A stretch of 63,256 nt of DNA, the filler included, from Octopus bimaculoides (lineage: Eukaryota), in assembly GCF_001194135.2 (NCBI RefSeq). It is 5 parts of 4 records of this genome, joined end to end, with 100 filler letters (N's around TTAATTAATTAA, not from the genome) between each part and the next. Parts side by side here need not be neighbours in the genome. Positions count along the whole stretch, not along the records: positions 60,113 to 63,256 come from NC_068986.1; 4 more parts are not named here. One strand, given 5' to 3'. Within the stretch, counting starts at the first letter, position 1, and each line of letters opens with the position of its first letter. Of the stretch, positions 61,661-63,256 are shown piece after piece. The notes under the pieces were generated by a model that did no database searches, was not told the origin of the DNA, and was given only the letters and a program-made list of their open reading frames with translations. The position numbers and the translations under genes were made by a program.

Positions 61661-62757
61661 AGCAAATTTAAAATGAAAAAAGCAAATAAAACGAAGGTAT
61701 GGAGATTAAATACGCTTTACATCGCTTAATGAGCCAAAGGAGTAAATGTAAAAACTGAATACTTGTCAGTGATTGGTTGAAATTATCGAAATAAGACAAT
61801 TTTTTACATGAAATAAATTCGAATACAAAAATATTTTTCTGTTCTATAACACAAAATAGATAAGTATACGAAGTTTGAAAGTCTTTCCGTACCAAAAACA
61901 CTACGTAAAACATTAATGAAAAATGTGGCCCCCGTTTTAAAAAAGATCCCAACCTTGCGACGGAGTAACATTCCTCGATTAGGGTAATGTTGGTCTGTTC
62001 GCCTAGCCATTGGAGTGGCATCATTCGAAAGCTAAAACAATACAAAGCGCATTGTGACCAGCGGTGTATAACAGCATCCGATAGTCTAGTCGATCACGTG
62101 ATCGCATGATTTCATTGCTAAGCCAGTTAGATTGCTTGGGGATGTTTGCAGTAACGTAACTGGGGAGGGGGGTGATCTGTTACGGACGACGCTTTTGCGT
62201 GACGGCACTTTTAAGCCCTGCTCTAAAAGCCTCTATATGCGCCGGTAAACTGAAGGGCTACTCCGGGTGGCACACACTCTAGCTACTCCTCTAGACGTTT
62301 GCTCATATTGATTTAATTCCAATACGAAGTTTTAGGGTTAGTATGTCCACAAAGCATGGTTAACTGATGTGTGATAGTGAGGATCCAGGTGATCTTGAAC
62401 AGATTGGTAAGAACGGTGTTGAAAAATAACCAATACCCTATAAGTATTGATTTATTACCCGTTCAATTTATTTTTTTTTATGCTGAAAGAAATGCGAGTA
62501 AAGAAATTCTCTTACACATTCTACCAGATGGTAGAGACGGGCTTAGCTACAATCTCGCATCGCTTTCTTTTTATCGAAGGTCAACGACCCTGTCAAGCAA
62601 ATTTACCACACACGCATATACACACACACACACACACATGTATATAGTACGTTTGTGTGTATGTGTGTGTGTTATATAAATATATATATATATATGTAAT
62701 ATATGTATACATGTGTGCGTATATATTTATGTCATACATGTATACATATATGTGTGC

Positions 62758-62815
<58 letters not shown>

Positions 62816-63139
62816 GCACATATACATATATATATATACACACATATATATACACATATACACACATATATATACACGCTCACATGCATACATATACTCA
62901 CACATGCACACATACGCACACACACATGCATACATATACTGTGTATGTATTCATATATGCACACATGCATACACACGCATATACATACATACATACATAC
63001 ATATGGAAACAATACAGGCGCACTGTTAACAATTCCCATTATGATGAAACTGTCCAGTCCGGTGTTCTAGTTTCGCTTCGGTCATTTACGCACCTATAAG
63101 TGATTTAACTGCTATTTCTAGCAATACATGTCCTTATAT

Positions 63140-63240
63140 ATCATCATCATCATCATCATCATCGTTTAACGTCCGCTAGCATGGGTTGGACGATTTGACT
63201 GAGGACTGGTGAAACCGGATGGCAACACCAGGCTCCAATC
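63140..63240 (-). mobile_element. Possible LINE/SINE 3' end with (GAT)n tail
   Basis: (CAT)n run directly followed by cgtttaacgtccg..gcatgggttggacg; typical of a retroelement 3' terminus but not confirmable in the window. Confidence 0.35.
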
Positions 63241-63256
63241 TAATTATATATATATA

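Overview
Eukaryotic, AT-rich, microsatellite-saturated draft-assembly DNA. About 9-10 kb is N, and four artificial 44N-TTAATTAATTAA-44N joins make adjacency across them uncertain. The repeat complement suggests an octopus (cephalopod) genome; this is an inference. Two host genes on the minus strand were reconstructed by hand from splice sites, neither whole in the ORF track: a divergent caveolin (exons 42094-42171 and 33369-33632; first exon not found) and the last two exons of a protein ending in a death domain (58463-58534 and 54103-54299). The rest is a transposon mosaic: a Tx1/L1 LINE, a HERO-type and several R4/Dong-type RLE retroelements, Penelope-like fragments (RT, GIY-YIG, hammerhead-core remnants), RTE 3' ends, mariner relics, MITEs and foldbacks, and three tRNA-headed SINE families. 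Most interesting observations: (1) the HERO 3' UTR carries all hammerhead-ribozyme core motifs with perfect helices I and III, but in a non-canonical order and without a canonical helix II; (2) the same degenerate minisatellite flanks both ends of that HERO copy; (3) near-identical young R4/Dong 3' ends sit in (AAT)n arrays; (4) long inverted repeats occur, one about 110 nt from the caveolin last-exon acceptor. No CRISPR, rRNA or intact tRNA gene was seen. Transposon boundaries are approximate unless termini are quoted.
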